From positions 768,001-832,000 of the forward strand of contig OY729431.1 in the NCBI GenBank assembly GCA_963422395.1: a stretch of 64,000 nt of DNA, in the 5' to 3' direction. How positions within the stretch are numbered: the stretch's first letter is position 1; each line of letters begins with the position of its first letter. This stretch comes from Vicinamibacteria bacterium. Its GTDB lineage: Bacteria > Acidobacteriota > Vicinamibacteria > Marinacidobacterales > Marinacidobacteraceae. A program made the translations under genes and the position numbers. Of this stretch, positions 19,798 through 29,102 are shown one piece after another. The notes beneath the pieces are model-generated. The model was not told the DNA's origin, did not search any database, and saw nothing but the letters and a program-made list of their open reading frames with translations.

Positions 19798-19810
19798 CGG
19801 GCGCGGGCGG

Positions 19811-19816
19811 ATTCTA
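19811..19816 (-). promoter_or_regulatory. Putative -10 box (TAGAAT) of metG, short leader
   Basis: ATTCTA on + strand 13 nt upstream of the GTG; no clear SD sequence. Confidence 0.4.
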
Positions 19817-20056
19817 CGCGCCGGTTCCCGCCTGCTCCGGGGCGCCGAGACGGTTCGAACGACGGCCCGGAGGTCGATCCGAGACGCCGGCCCCGAGACG
19901 AGTGAGGCCGGGTCCTCCGGATGGGGTCCGGCGGACGAGACGCGCATCGGGAGGCGCTCCCCCGCCCCCCCGGTAGAATTTCCGCTCCCGGCTCCGGCCG
20001 CCTGTCCCGGCTCGGAACCGGCCCCCGCCCGGGAAATGAGGAGAAGCCCCGTCCGG

Positions 20057-20135
20057 ATGAGCGTGAAGACTGTCTTCGAGACCTGCCGGCCGCGCTGGCA
20101 GGTGCTGGAGAGGGCGATCTGCGAGTCCCTCGAAC
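20057..20135 (+). pseudogene. Possible N-terminal fragment of a second DUF499 ATPase
   Basis: MSVKTVFETCRPRWQVLERAI resembles the K-T-I/V-F-x-x-C-x-P-R-x-D-V-L start of DUF499 proteins (recalled, not searched). TAGAAT at 19974-19979 upstream. Confidence 0.4.
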
Positions 20136-20498
20136 GTGGATGGAATCCGGAATTTGGCGCCGCTTCATGTCAGTGTCAGCGCCGGCAGTTCGCCGGACCC
20201 CACGCGGACTCCGGAGATCGATTCGATTCTCTCCGCGACGAAACGCGAACAGATCCTTGCCGCGTTGCGGCTTCTCGATTTGGCGGAGATCGCCGAGCGG
20301 CTCGGCTACCTCGACGAGATCACTGGCGACGACGATCCGGCAGAGCCGCCGATGGAGCTCTCGTCCTTGCGCCAGTGCGCCCTGTTCTTCGCCAGCGAGC
20401 CCCGCCGCAGTACTGCAAGCCGTCGGCAGTCGGAAGAGACGGTCTTCCGATGCCGGCAGCGTTCGAACTCCGACAGTGCGAGGAATACCTCTCCGTGA
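20136..20498 (+). pseudogene. Truncated small hypothetical protein (helical, acidic)
   Basis: Protein-like core EQILAALRLLDLAEIAERLGYLDEITGDDDPAEPPMELSSLRQCALFF, after which it runs over the next fragment in another frame. Confidence 0.4.
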
Positions 20499-20815
20499 AC
20501 TGGCTCGAGTGCCTCGACGTGTCGAGTCTCGATGCGGCCGTTTCGAAAGTTCGGGCGGTGTTTTAACGAAGGGGCTACTGCGTCAAGCCGAACGGCAGGT
20601 TCGCGGCTCTGGAGGTCGGAGGCCTGAAGTCGGCGGTCGCCGCTCACGCGCCCGGACCGGTGCGGGTGGAAACCCGACCCCGGACCGACGATGCATCCCA
20701 CAGCGGAGTCTTCGGCTACCCCGCCGACGACTTAGCCGTTGCCGTGGAGATCGCGTGCCGGGTGCGTTCCGAGTGCGTCCACCCGGCCACACCTGAGGTG
20801 GATGGAACGACCTGA
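20408..20815 (+). pseudogene. Disrupted hypothetical protein, possibly ADP-ribosyltransferase-like fold
   Basis: One frame reads YCKPS...AFELR..EEYLSVNWLE...VF*RRGY...GRFAALEVG...DDASHSGVFGYP...; in-frame TAA at 20564-20566; no start codon. Confidence 0.6.
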
Positions 20816-21211
20816 AGCGTGACCTGCGCGAGTGGCGCAACCGGGTCGAGCGGGAATCTACGGGATCACGGCGTCGTCGGACTTCCCGACAGCAGGCGGG
20901 CCATCAGGGAATCGGATAGGTCCCGGGCGCTTTTGGAGGTCCGTTTCCGTAGCGTTTCCATAGGACCGTTCCGGATGGCACGAGTCGAGCGCTACTTGTT
21001 CGCAACCCGGCGCGGGTGATGGTTCCGTCGTTCCCTCGTCCGATACGACACCGTATCTACTGCGGCTTCGGTCGGACCGATCGGATGGACATCATCCCCT
21101 TGAAATTCTTCCGAACCCATGCCAACCCTCCTCGTTATTCCCGATTGCCAAATGTCATGGGCCTGTACACCGGAGTTGATCCGCGGCGCCGGCTCGGGCA
21201 GACTCGCCCGG

Positions 21212-22705
21212 ATGGCGATCAGAGAAACGCGGCGGCACACCTGCCGTTTCCCCGCACTGCTCGCGGTGCTCTCCCTCGCCGCCGCGGCGCCGGCGGCGGC
21301 ACAACTCTCTTCGCGGGCGGTGGCGGACGGCGGCCCCCGTTCGTGGGCGATCGTCGGCGGCTCCGTTCACATCGGGGACGGGACGGTCCTCGAGGCGGCG
21401 ACGGTGGTGCTCCGGGACGGGCTGATCGTCTCGGTCGAGGCCTCGGAGGGGATGGGGAGCGAGGCGCCTTCGGGAGCCTTCCGGTTCGATGCCGCCGGAA
21501 AACATGTCTATCCGGGCTTCATCACCGCGCTCTCGAACCTCGGGCTCCGGGGGGGCGGCGCCGGTGCTGCGCCCGGGAGCGCTCCGAGGGCGGGCGGAGA
21601 GAATGCCGCCCCCCCGCCTTCCCGAGGACCCGAAGACCGTCCGGACACCTTCTCCTGGCGCCTCGCCGCCGACGAGCTGCGAACCGACGACGAGCGGATC
21701 GCAGCTTGGCGGAGCGCCGGGTTCACTTCCGCGGTGTCCGCACCTCGGACCGGGATCGTCCCCGGGCGCGCCGTCTTCTGGAATCTCGCTGGGGCGGACG
21801 GCGTGGACCCGCGCGATCTGGTGGTGGGCGGCGATGCGGCGCTGCTGGTCCGTCTCGAGACCCGTGGCTTCCGCTCCTTCCCCGGTTCCCTGATGGGAGT
21901 CGTCGCCTATCTGCGCCAGCTCTTCCTCGACGCCTCGCACTACGCCGAGGTCTGGCGGATGTACGAGGAGGACCCGGCGGGGCTTCCCCGCCCGCGCCAC
22001 GACCGGGCGCTCGCCCCTCTCGCCGCTGCGGCGGCGGGGGAGCAGCCGGTGCTGCTGCCCGCGCATCTCGAAAAGGAGATCCGACGGATGGTGCGGCTCG
22101 CCGAGGAGTTCGGCATCCGGCCGGTGCTCTACGGCGGGCACGAAGCGGGGGCGGCGGCGGAATTCCTGGCGGAGCGCCGGGTTCCCATCCTGGTGGACCT
22201 GAACTGGCCGCAGGCGGACCCGCAGGCGGATCCGCAGGCCGAAGTCCCGCTCCGGGTGCTCCGGCGGCGCGACCGGGCGCCCGCAGGGCCGGCGGCGCTG
22301 GCGGCGGCGGGCGCCCGCTTCGCCTTCTACCGGGGAGAGTCCCCGGGGCAGCGTTCGATGCCGGGTTCGTCTCCGGGTCCGCGGGGCGGACCGCAGGGGG
22401 ACCGAGGTGCCGGCGGCGCCCTCTCCGCGGTCCGGGAGGCGATCGCCCGGGGTCTCGACCCGGAGGCCGCGCTCACCGCCCTGACCCTTTCGCCCGCGGA
22501 GATCTTCGGAGTCGCGGACCGGGTGGGAACGCTCGCTGCCGGGAGGATCGCGAACCTGCTGATCGCCGACCGGGACATCTTCGACGAAGCGGCGAAACTG
22601 GAAGCGGTCTTCGTGGACGGGGTGATCCACCGCCCCGAAGTCGAAGCGGAGGACACCGAAGTCGAAACTGCGCCCGGGCGTGCCGCCCGGGAGGGCGAGG
22701 AGTGA
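21212..22705 (+). CDS. Secreted amidohydrolase-family protein, metal ligands degenerate
   Basis: Signal peptide; DAAGKHVYPGFI, FPGSLMG, GTLAAGRIANL; HxH replaced (ITALSNLG). Confidence 0.85.
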   Translation: MAIRETRRHTCRFPALLAVLSLAAAAPAAAQLSSRAVADGGPRSWAIVGGSVHIGDGTVLEAATVVLRDGLIVSVEASEGMGSEAPSGAFRFDAAGKHVYPGFITALSNLGLRGGGAGAAPGSAPRAGGENAAPPPSRGPEDRPDTFSWRLAADELRTDDERIAAWRSAGFTSAVSAPRTGIVPGRAVFWNLAGADGVDPRDLVVGGDAALLVRLETRGFRSFPGSLMGVVAYLRQLFLDASHYAEVWRMYEEDPAGLPRPRHDRALAPLAAAAAGEQPVLLPAHLEKEIRRMVRLAEEFGIRPVLYGGHEAGAAAEFLAERRVPILVDLNWPQADPQADPQAEVPLRVLRRRDRAPAGPAALAAAGARFAFYRGESPGQRSMPGSSPGPRGGPQGDRGAGGALSAVREAIARGLDPEAALTALTLSPAEIFGVADRVGTLAAGRIANLLIADRDIFDEAAKLEAVFVDGVIHRPEVEAEDTEVETAPGRAAREGEE

Positions 22706-22710
22706 GAGCG

Positions 22711-24084
22711 ATGCCACCACGGATGACTCTTTTGCCGGCGGCGGCGCGGGCTCTCGGCTTCGCCGCCCTCCCTCTGCTGGCCGCGGCGCCGGTTTCCGCC
22801 CAGAGCGCCGCCCGAACCACCGTGATCCGGGGGGCGACGGTGCTCACCGTGAGCGCGGGGACCCTCTCTCCCGGAGCGATCCTCATCCGGGACGGGAAGA
22901 TCGCCGAGGTCGGGGCGAGCGTCGCGGTCCCCGACGGCGCCGCCGTGATCGAAGCCGAGGGGCTCTTCGTGATGCCCGGCATCGTGGACGCCCACTCCCA
23001 CATCGCCGCCGAATCCATCAACGAGGGAAGCGTCGCGGTCTCCTCGATGACCAGCACCGGCGATGTGGTGGATCCGGACGACATCGACATCTACCGCGAA
23101 CTGGCGGGCGGGGTGACCACCTCGAACATCCTCCACGGCAGCGCGAACCCGATCGGCGGCCTGAATGTGGTCATCAAGCACCGCTTCGGTGCGGACGCCG
23201 AGGGGTTGGTCTTCGAAGGCGCGCCTCCCGGAATCAAGTTCGCGCTAGGCGAGAATCCCAAGCGCTCGCGGGGGATGCCGGCGGGCGTCGAGCGCCGCTA
23301 CCCGGCTACCCGGATGGGAGTCCAGGATGTGATCCGCCAGGCGTTCCTGGAAGCGCAGGCCTACCGGAAGGCCCACGCCGACCATGAGGCAGCGAAGGCG
23401 CGCGGCGAGCGGACGCTGCCGCCGCGCCGGGACCTGAAGCTGGAGCCGCTCGTCGAGATCCTGGAGGGGGAGCGCCTCGTCCACGCCCACTGCTACCGCC
23501 AGGACGAGATCTTGCAGCTGCTGCGGCTCGCCGAGGAGTTCGGCTTCCGCATCGCCACCCTGCAGCATGTGCTCGAGGGGTACAAGGTCGCCGACGAGAT
23601 CGCCGCCCACGGCGCCGGCGCCTCCACTTTTTCCGACTGGTGGGCCTACAAGGTCGAGGCCTACGACGCGATCCCCTACAACGCGGCGCTCATGGCCGAG
23701 CGCGGCATCCTGGTCTCGATCAACTCCGACAGCGCCGAGGAGGCCCGCCACCTGAACCAGGAGGCCGCCAAGACGGTCAAGTGGGGCGGGATGAGCGAAG
23801 AACAGGCGCTCGCCATGATCACCATGAATCCGGCGGTCCAGCTCGGCGTCGGCGACCGGATCGGCTCCCTCGAGGTCGGCAAGGATGCCGATCTCGCAGT
23901 CTTCGACCGCCACCCGCTGAGCACCTACGCGGTGAACCGGATGACCTTCGTGGACGGCGAGCTGCTCTTCAGCCGCGAGCGGGACCGGGCGATGCGGGAG
24001 AGCGCCGCCGCCGAACGCGCCGCGCTCGAGAAAAAGCTCGCTGCGAAGCCGGAGAAGAAGTCGACCGGCGGAGGAGAGCGATGA
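22711..24084 (+). CDS. Secreted metal-dependent amidohydrolase
   Basis: PGIVDAHSH, IKFALGENPK, HAHCYR, QHVLEGYK, NSDS, GSLEVGKDAD. Confidence 0.92.
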   Translation: MPPRMTLLPAAARALGFAALPLLAAAPVSAQSAARTTVIRGATVLTVSAGTLSPGAILIRDGKIAEVGASVAVPDGAAVIEAEGLFVMPGIVDAHSHIAAESINEGSVAVSSMTSTGDVVDPDDIDIYRELAGGVTTSNILHGSANPIGGLNVVIKHRFGADAEGLVFEGAPPGIKFALGENPKRSRGMPAGVERRYPATRMGVQDVIRQAFLEAQAYRKAHADHEAAKARGERTLPPRRDLKLEPLVEILEGERLVHAHCYRQDEILQLLRLAEEFGFRIATLQHVLEGYKVADEIAAHGAGASTFSDWWAYKVEAYDAIPYNAALMAERGILVSINSDSAEEARHLNQEAAKTVKWGGMSEEQALAMITMNPAVQLGVGDRIGSLEVGKDADLAVFDRHPLSTYAVNRMTFVDGELLFSRERDRAMRESAAAERAALEKKLAAKPEKKSTGGGER

Positions 24085-25451
24085 AAACCGCCGCCGGCGC
24101 CGCCCTCCTGCTCCTCGCCAGTGCCGGTGCCCCGGCCCAGGAGGGGGAGACCTGGGTCATCGAGAACGCCCGGATCCACACCCTGGTCGAGGGGGCTGCC
24201 CCCATCGAATCCGGGTCCATTCTCATCCGCGACGGGCGGATCGTAGAGATCGGCGAGCTGGCCGCCCCCGCCGGTGCGACGGTGATCGATGCCGCCGGGC
24301 TCGAGGTGTATCCGGGGATGATGGATTCGGTGAGCCAGCTCGGCCTCACCGAAATCGGCTCCATCAGTGCCACCGTGGATACCGCCGAGCTCGGCGAGAT
24401 GAACCCGCACCTCAGGGCGCGGACCGCGGTCCATCCGGCGAGCGAGCATCTGCCGGTGGCGCGCGCGAACGGCATCACCCATGCGGTGGTGGCGCCGGGC
24501 CGTCTCGGCGGTTTCGGCGGCGGCGGGTCCGGGATCAGCGGCCAGGCATCCATCGTCCATCTCGACGGCTGGACCGTCGAGGAGATGGATATCGAGCCGT
24601 CGGCGGGGATGGTGCTGCGCTGGCCGACCCACTCCACCCGTTCGTTCGACCCGGCGACCTTCCGGCCCCGGCGGCGCTCCTTCCGGGAGGCGAAAGAGGA
24701 CTACGACCGCGCAGTCGCCGAATTGACCGAGGTCTTCGATGCGGCCCGCCGCTACCAGGCGGGAGTCGAAGCGGCGGCCGCTGCCGAGGGCGGAGCCGGG
24801 GAGATCGAGCGGGACATCCGCCTCGAAGCGCTCGGGCCGGTGGTGGGCGGGGAGCTGCCGCTGCTGGTGGTCGCTCAGAGGGAGCGCGAGATCCGCCACG
24901 CGGTCGAGTTCACCCGGGAACAGGGGGTCCGGATGATCCTGCTCGGCGGCGACGAGGCCTGGAAAGTGAAGGAGCTCCTCGCCGATTCCGGGGTCTCGGT
25001 GATCCTGGGCCCGACGCAGCGGCTGCCCGAGGAGGAGGACGACCCCTACGACCGGCCGTTCACCACTCCCGGCGAGCTCCATGAAGCCGGCGTCGCCATC
25101 GCCTTCGCCAGCTTCGGGTCCGCGAACTCGCGGCTGCTCCCCTACGAGGCGGGACACGCAGTGGGCTACGGCCTGCCCCAGGAGGAAGCGATCCGGGCGA
25201 TCACGGTGACGCCGGCGCGGCTCTTCGGACTCGACGAGGACTTCGGGACGATCGAGGAGGGCAAGGTGGCGAACCTGATCGTGGTGGACGGCGATCCGCT
25301 CGAGATCCGCACCGAGGTCCGCGAGGTGTTCGTGAACGGCGTTCCGGTCTCGCTCGACAACCGGCACCTTCGCCTCTACCACAAGTACCGCGATCGGCCC
25401 CGGCCGGAGCCGCCGCCAGAGTCTCCTTCGGAACCCCCAGCGGAAGGCTGA
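24081..25451 (+). CDS. Secreted amidohydrolase-family protein, metal ligands degenerate
   Basis: ATGA overlap; VYPGMMDSVSQLGLTEI (no HxH), GTIEEGKVANL. Confidence 0.88.
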   Translation: MKTAAGAALLLLASAGAPAQEGETWVIENARIHTLVEGAAPIESGSILIRDGRIVEIGELAAPAGATVIDAAGLEVYPGMMDSVSQLGLTEIGSISATVDTAELGEMNPHLRARTAVHPASEHLPVARANGITHAVVAPGRLGGFGGGGSGISGQASIVHLDGWTVEEMDIEPSAGMVLRWPTHSTRSFDPATFRPRRRSFREAKEDYDRAVAELTEVFDAARRYQAGVEAAAAAEGGAGEIERDIRLEALGPVVGGELPLLVVAQREREIRHAVEFTREQGVRMILLGGDEAWKVKELLADSGVSVILGPTQRLPEEEDDPYDRPFTTPGELHEAGVAIAFASFGSANSRLLPYEAGHAVGYGLPQEEAIRAITVTPARLFGLDEDFGTIEEGKVANLIVVDGDPLEIRTEVREVFVNGVPVSLDNRHLRLYHKYRDRPRPEPPPESPSEPPAEG

Positions 25452-25512
25452 CCCGCCGCCTTCGAGCGACTGCCGTCCGGGGCGCTCCTGAATTCAGCCC
25501 CGGGCTGCTGCG

Positions 25513-28500
25513 ATGGCGCTGACGAACCGGGGCCGTGTCGAGCAGGGGCTCGACCTGCTCCGCCGCGGGCTCGCGCCCTTCATCGATCGCGAACTCAACC
25601 GCGCTGTCCGCGCCGGCCGGCTCGGCAGCGACATCCGCCGCATCCTGGCCGAAAACTCGGAAGAGGCGAAAGCGCCGCTCGCCGACTGGGACGCCGCTGC
25701 CCTGCTCCGGGTCCTGTGGCAGCGGTGGAACGATGTCTTCCGAGAGACGCTCGGCGCGACGGAGCGGAGCCTGGTTTCCGAACTCCGGGGGCACCGGAAC
25801 CAGTGGGCGCACCAGAAACCGTTCTCCGGGGACGACGCCTACCGGGCGCTCGACTCGGCGTTCCGACTGCTGACTGCAGTCTCGGCCCCGGAAGCGCAGG
25901 CGATCGAACCGCTCAAGACGGATCTCCTCCGCGCCCGCTACGAGCAGGAGCGCCGGAACGCGGAGAAGTGCCAGCGCGCCGCCCCGATCGATGGGAAGCA
26001 GACCGCCGCTGCCGGGCTCGCTTCCTGGCGCGAGGTCATCAGTCCCCATGAGGATGTGGCCAGCGGGCGCTATCGACAGGCGGAGTTCGCCGCCGATCTC
26101 TGGCAGGTGTCCCGCGGCGAAGGCGCCGCCGAGTACCGCGACCCCAAGCGCTTCTTCCACCGCACCTTCCTCACCGAGAGCCTTCGGAGGCTGCTGCTCG
26201 GTGCGGTCCGGCGTCTCGGCGGCGCCGGCGGAGATCCGGTGGTGGCGCTCCAGACGAGCTTCGGCGGCGGCAAGACCCACTCGATGCTCGCTCTCTACCA
26301 CCTCTTCTCCGGCACTCCTGCGGGCGAGCTGGCGGGGGTGGACGCACTGCTCGCCGAGGCGGATCTTTCGCTCCCGGCGGGGGTACGGCGGGCGGTGCTC
26401 GTCGGGCACTGGCTGTCCCCTTCGAAACCGCAGGAGAAGCCCGACGGCGTGGCGCCGCGCACGCTCTGGGGCGAGCTCGCCTGGCAGCTCGGCGGCAAGA
26501 CCGCCTACGAGCGGATCCGCCGCGACGACGAGAACGCGACGAACCCCGGGGACGGGCTCGTCGAGCTGCTGCGCGAGTCCGGCCCCGCCCTGGTGCTGGT
26601 GGATGAATGGGTCGCCTACGCCCGTCAGCTGCGCGAGGACGCTCTTCCCGGTGGAACCTTCGAAACCCAGTTCAGCTTCGCCCAGACGCTCACCGAAGCG
26701 GCGAAACGGGTGGAGAACTGCCTGTTGGTGGTCGCGCTGCCGGCTTCCGACCGGCCTATCGACTCCAGCCGGCCCGGCGACGAAGAAGTGGGCGGCCTCA
26801 GCGGCCGGGAGGCGCTCTCGCGGCTCCAGCATGTGATCGGGCGGGTGGCCTCGCCCTGGCGCCCGGCCAGCTCCGAGGAGAGCTTCGCGATCGTGCGGCG
26901 CCGGCTGTTCGAATCGCTCCCGGGACACGCCTTCCAGAAGCGGAACCTCACCGCCCGCAGCCTCGCCGACTTCTACCGCTCGGAGAAGGGTCAGTTCCCG
27001 CCGAAGTGCCGCGAGGCCGACTACGAGAAGCGGATCCAGGCGGAGTACCCCATCCACCCGGAGGTCTTCGACCGCCTCTACGACGACTGGTCGGCGCTCG
27101 CCCGCTTCCAGCGGACCCGCGGCGTGCTCCGACTGATGGCGGCGGCCATCCACTCCCTCTGGGAGAGCGGCGACCAGAGCCCGCTCATCCTGCCCTCGAT
27201 GCTGCCGATCGACGATCCGCGGGTCCAGCCCGAGCTGACCCGCTATCTCACCGACAACTGGACCCCCATCCTCGAAAAGGATGTGGACGGACCGAATTCA
27301 CTGCCGCGTCGGATCGACAGCGAGTTCAAGGTGCTGGGAGCGAAGTGGGCCGCGCGGCGGGTGGCCCGCACCATCTTCCTCGGCTCCGCCCCCAAGGCGG
27401 GCGCCGTGCAGCGCGGGCTCGACGACCAGCGGGTGCGGTTGGGCTGCGCTCTTCCGGGGGACAACCCGGCGGTGTACGACGACGCGCTGCGGCGGCTCGC
27501 CGGCCGCGCCACCCATCTCTACCGGGAGGCGCCGCATTCCTGGTACGACACCCAGCCCACCGTCACCAAGCTGGCCGAGGAGCGCGCCGAGCAGCTGTCG
27601 CCGGACCTCGTGAGCGAGGAGGTCGCCCGCCGGGCGCGCCGCGCGCTCGGAGAACGCGGGCGGTTCGCCGCGGTACACTCGCTGCCCGCCTCTCCCGCCG
27701 AGGTGGCCGACCAGCGGGAGGCCCGGCTGGTGGCGCTCGGTGTGGAAGAGCCCCACCTCAGGAGCGAGAACAGTCCGGCGCAGCAGGCCGCCGCGGCGAT
27801 CCTGGAAAGCCGCGGCAGCCAGCCGCGCCAGTATCGGAACGCGCTTCTCTTCCTCTCCGCCGACGCCAAACGGGTGCCGGATCTCGAGGAGGCGGTGCGT
27901 GCCTTCCTCGCCTGGAAGTCCATCACTGCCGAACGGGAAACGCTGAACCTGAATGTCCAGCAGGCCCGTCAGGCGGAGAACGAGCTGGAGAGTGCCGATT
28001 CCACGGTAGCGGTCCGGCTGCCCGAGGTCTGGCGCTGGCTGCTCTGCCCGAATCAGGAGGAGCCGAGCGACGAGATCGTCTGGGAAGCGCTGGAGCTGCG
28101 CGCTTCGGGCGGCCTCGTCGAGCGGGCGGAAAAGCGGGCGGTGGATGCCGACTGGCTGCTCACCGGATTCGCGGGCTCGCTGTTGCGGCGCGAGCTCGAC
28201 CGGGTGCCGCTCTGGCGGGGCGAGCAGGTCCCGGTCCGCCAGCTCGCCGACGACTTCGCCCAGTACCTCTACCTGCCGCGGCTCGTTTCCCCCGAAGTGC
28301 TCGCCGGGGCGGTCCGCGATGGACTCGGCCTCCGCTGGGCCGAGACTTTCGCCTTCGCCGACGGTTACGACGAGGATCAGGACCGCTATCTCGGGCTGCG
28401 GGCCGGTCAGGCGGTTGTCGTTTCGGTGGAGACCGGCGGGCTGCTGGTGAAGCCCGAGCGGGCGCGGCGGCAGTTCGATGAGGAATCCGCCCCGACGCCG

Positions 28501-28815
28501 CCCTCCGAGGTTGCCGATCCGGCGGCTCCCTCCGATCCGGACTCGCCGGGAAGCTCCGGCCCCCGCGAGCCTCGGAAACCCGTGCGCCGCTACCACGGAA
28601 CCGTCCGCCTCGACCCGCTGCGAGTGGGTGCCGAAGCGGGCCGGATCGCCGAGGAAGTGATCGCACACCTCGCGGGGCCGGAGGGCGCTTCGGTCCGGGT
28701 GTCGCTGGAGATCGAGGCGGAGCAGGACACCGGATTCTCCGAGCGGGTGGTCCGCGCCGTCCGCGAGAACGCCACGGCGCTGCAGTTCGAATCGCACGAG
28801 TTCGAGACCGAATGA
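25513..28815 (+). CDS. Swt1-like HEPN domain + DUF499 AAA+ ATPase
   Basis: HEPN RxxxxH motif RNQWAH; WREVISPHEDV, EFAADL, Walker A TSFGGGKTH, Walker B LVDEW, YPIHPE, FQRTRGVLR; C-terminal ENATALQF. Confidence 0.92.
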   Translation: MALTNRGRVEQGLDLLRRGLAPFIDRELNRAVRAGRLGSDIRRILAENSEEAKAPLADWDAAALLRVLWQRWNDVFRETLGATERSLVSELRGHRNQWAHQKPFSGDDAYRALDSAFRLLTAVSAPEAQAIEPLKTDLLRARYEQERRNAEKCQRAAPIDGKQTAAAGLASWREVISPHEDVASGRYRQAEFAADLWQVSRGEGAAEYRDPKRFFHRTFLTESLRRLLLGAVRRLGGAGGDPVVALQTSFGGGKTHSMLALYHLFSGTPAGELAGVDALLAEADLSLPAGVRRAVLVGHWLSPSKPQEKPDGVAPRTLWGELAWQLGGKTAYERIRRDDENATNPGDGLVELLRESGPALVLVDEWVAYARQLREDALPGGTFETQFSFAQTLTEAAKRVENCLLVVALPASDRPIDSSRPGDEEVGGLSGREALSRLQHVIGRVASPWRPASSEESFAIVRRRLFESLPGHAFQKRNLTARSLADFYRSEKGQFPPKCREADYEKRIQAEYPIHPEVFDRLYDDWSALARFQRTRGVLRLMAAAIHSLWESGDQSPLILPSMLPIDDPRVQPELTRYLTDNWTPILEKDVDGPNSLPRRIDSEFKVLGAKWAARRVARTIFLGSAPKAGAVQRGLDDQRVRLGCALPGDNPAVYDDALRRLAGRATHLYREAPHSWYDTQPTVTKLAEERAEQLSPDLVSEEVARRARRALGERGRFAAVHSLPASPAEVADQREARLVALGVEEPHLRSENSPAQQAAAAILESRGSQPRQYRNALLFLSADAKRVPDLEEAVRAFLAWKSITAERETLNLNVQQARQAENELESADSTVAVRLPEVWRWLLCPNQEEPSDEIVWEALELRASGGLVERAEKRAVDADWLLTGFAGSLLRRELDRVPLWRGEQVPVRQLADDFAQYLYLPRLVSPEVLAGAVRDGLGLRWAETFAFADGYDEDQDRYLGLRAGQAVVVSVETGGLLVKPERARRQFDEESAPTPPSEVADPAAPSDPDSPGSSGPREPRKPVRRYHGTVRLDPLRVGAEAGRIAEEVIAHLAGPEGASVRVSLEIEAEQDTGFSERVVRAVRENATALQFESHEFETE

Positions 28816-28873
28816 AGCGCCGGCGCCGCGGGCTCCTCCCTCGGGTCGGCGGCGCCGGCTCGACCCCGGCGGA

Positions 28874-29096
28874 TTAGCAGCCTGTGGATGAAGTGGCGCG
28901 AGCCCCAAGAGCGGTCCAGTTCTCCCGGTGGGGGCGGCGCCCGGCTGGCAAGGCGCGTGAGGGAGGAATACCGGGAGTATTTCGACCGAAACGCAACGAT
29001 GAGCGCCGTGAAACGGGGCGGTTCAGCCGGGGCCCCCACCGGGAGAACCGGGCATCGCCGGCCTTTGGCCGTGTGACTTTGTTCACAGGCTGCTAA
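28874..29096. mobile_element. Non-autonomous MITE (223 bp), ends resembling IS5/IS1182-type
   Basis: TIRs TTAGCAGCCTGTGgAtgAAGT (28874-28894) and ACTTtgTtCACAGGCTGCTAA (29076-29096); perfect internal 17-bp IR 28919-28935/29032-29048; TA on both sides of the core. Confidence 0.85.
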
Positions 29097-29102
29097 GGGC
29101 GC

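Noticed and set aside
21016-22710. ORF-track 1022-aa product suggesting a fused amidohydrolase
   Set aside because: The N-terminal extension is R/G/P-rich and overlaps a real gene in another frame; true start is near 22711. The same applies to the 43955-47185, 926-2689 and 15283-17193 extensions.
28874-29096. Small ORFs 28874-29086(-), 28884-29096(+), 28888-29076(+)
   Set aside because: They lie wholly inside the MITE; the mirror-image TGC-stop endings come from the inverted repeats.
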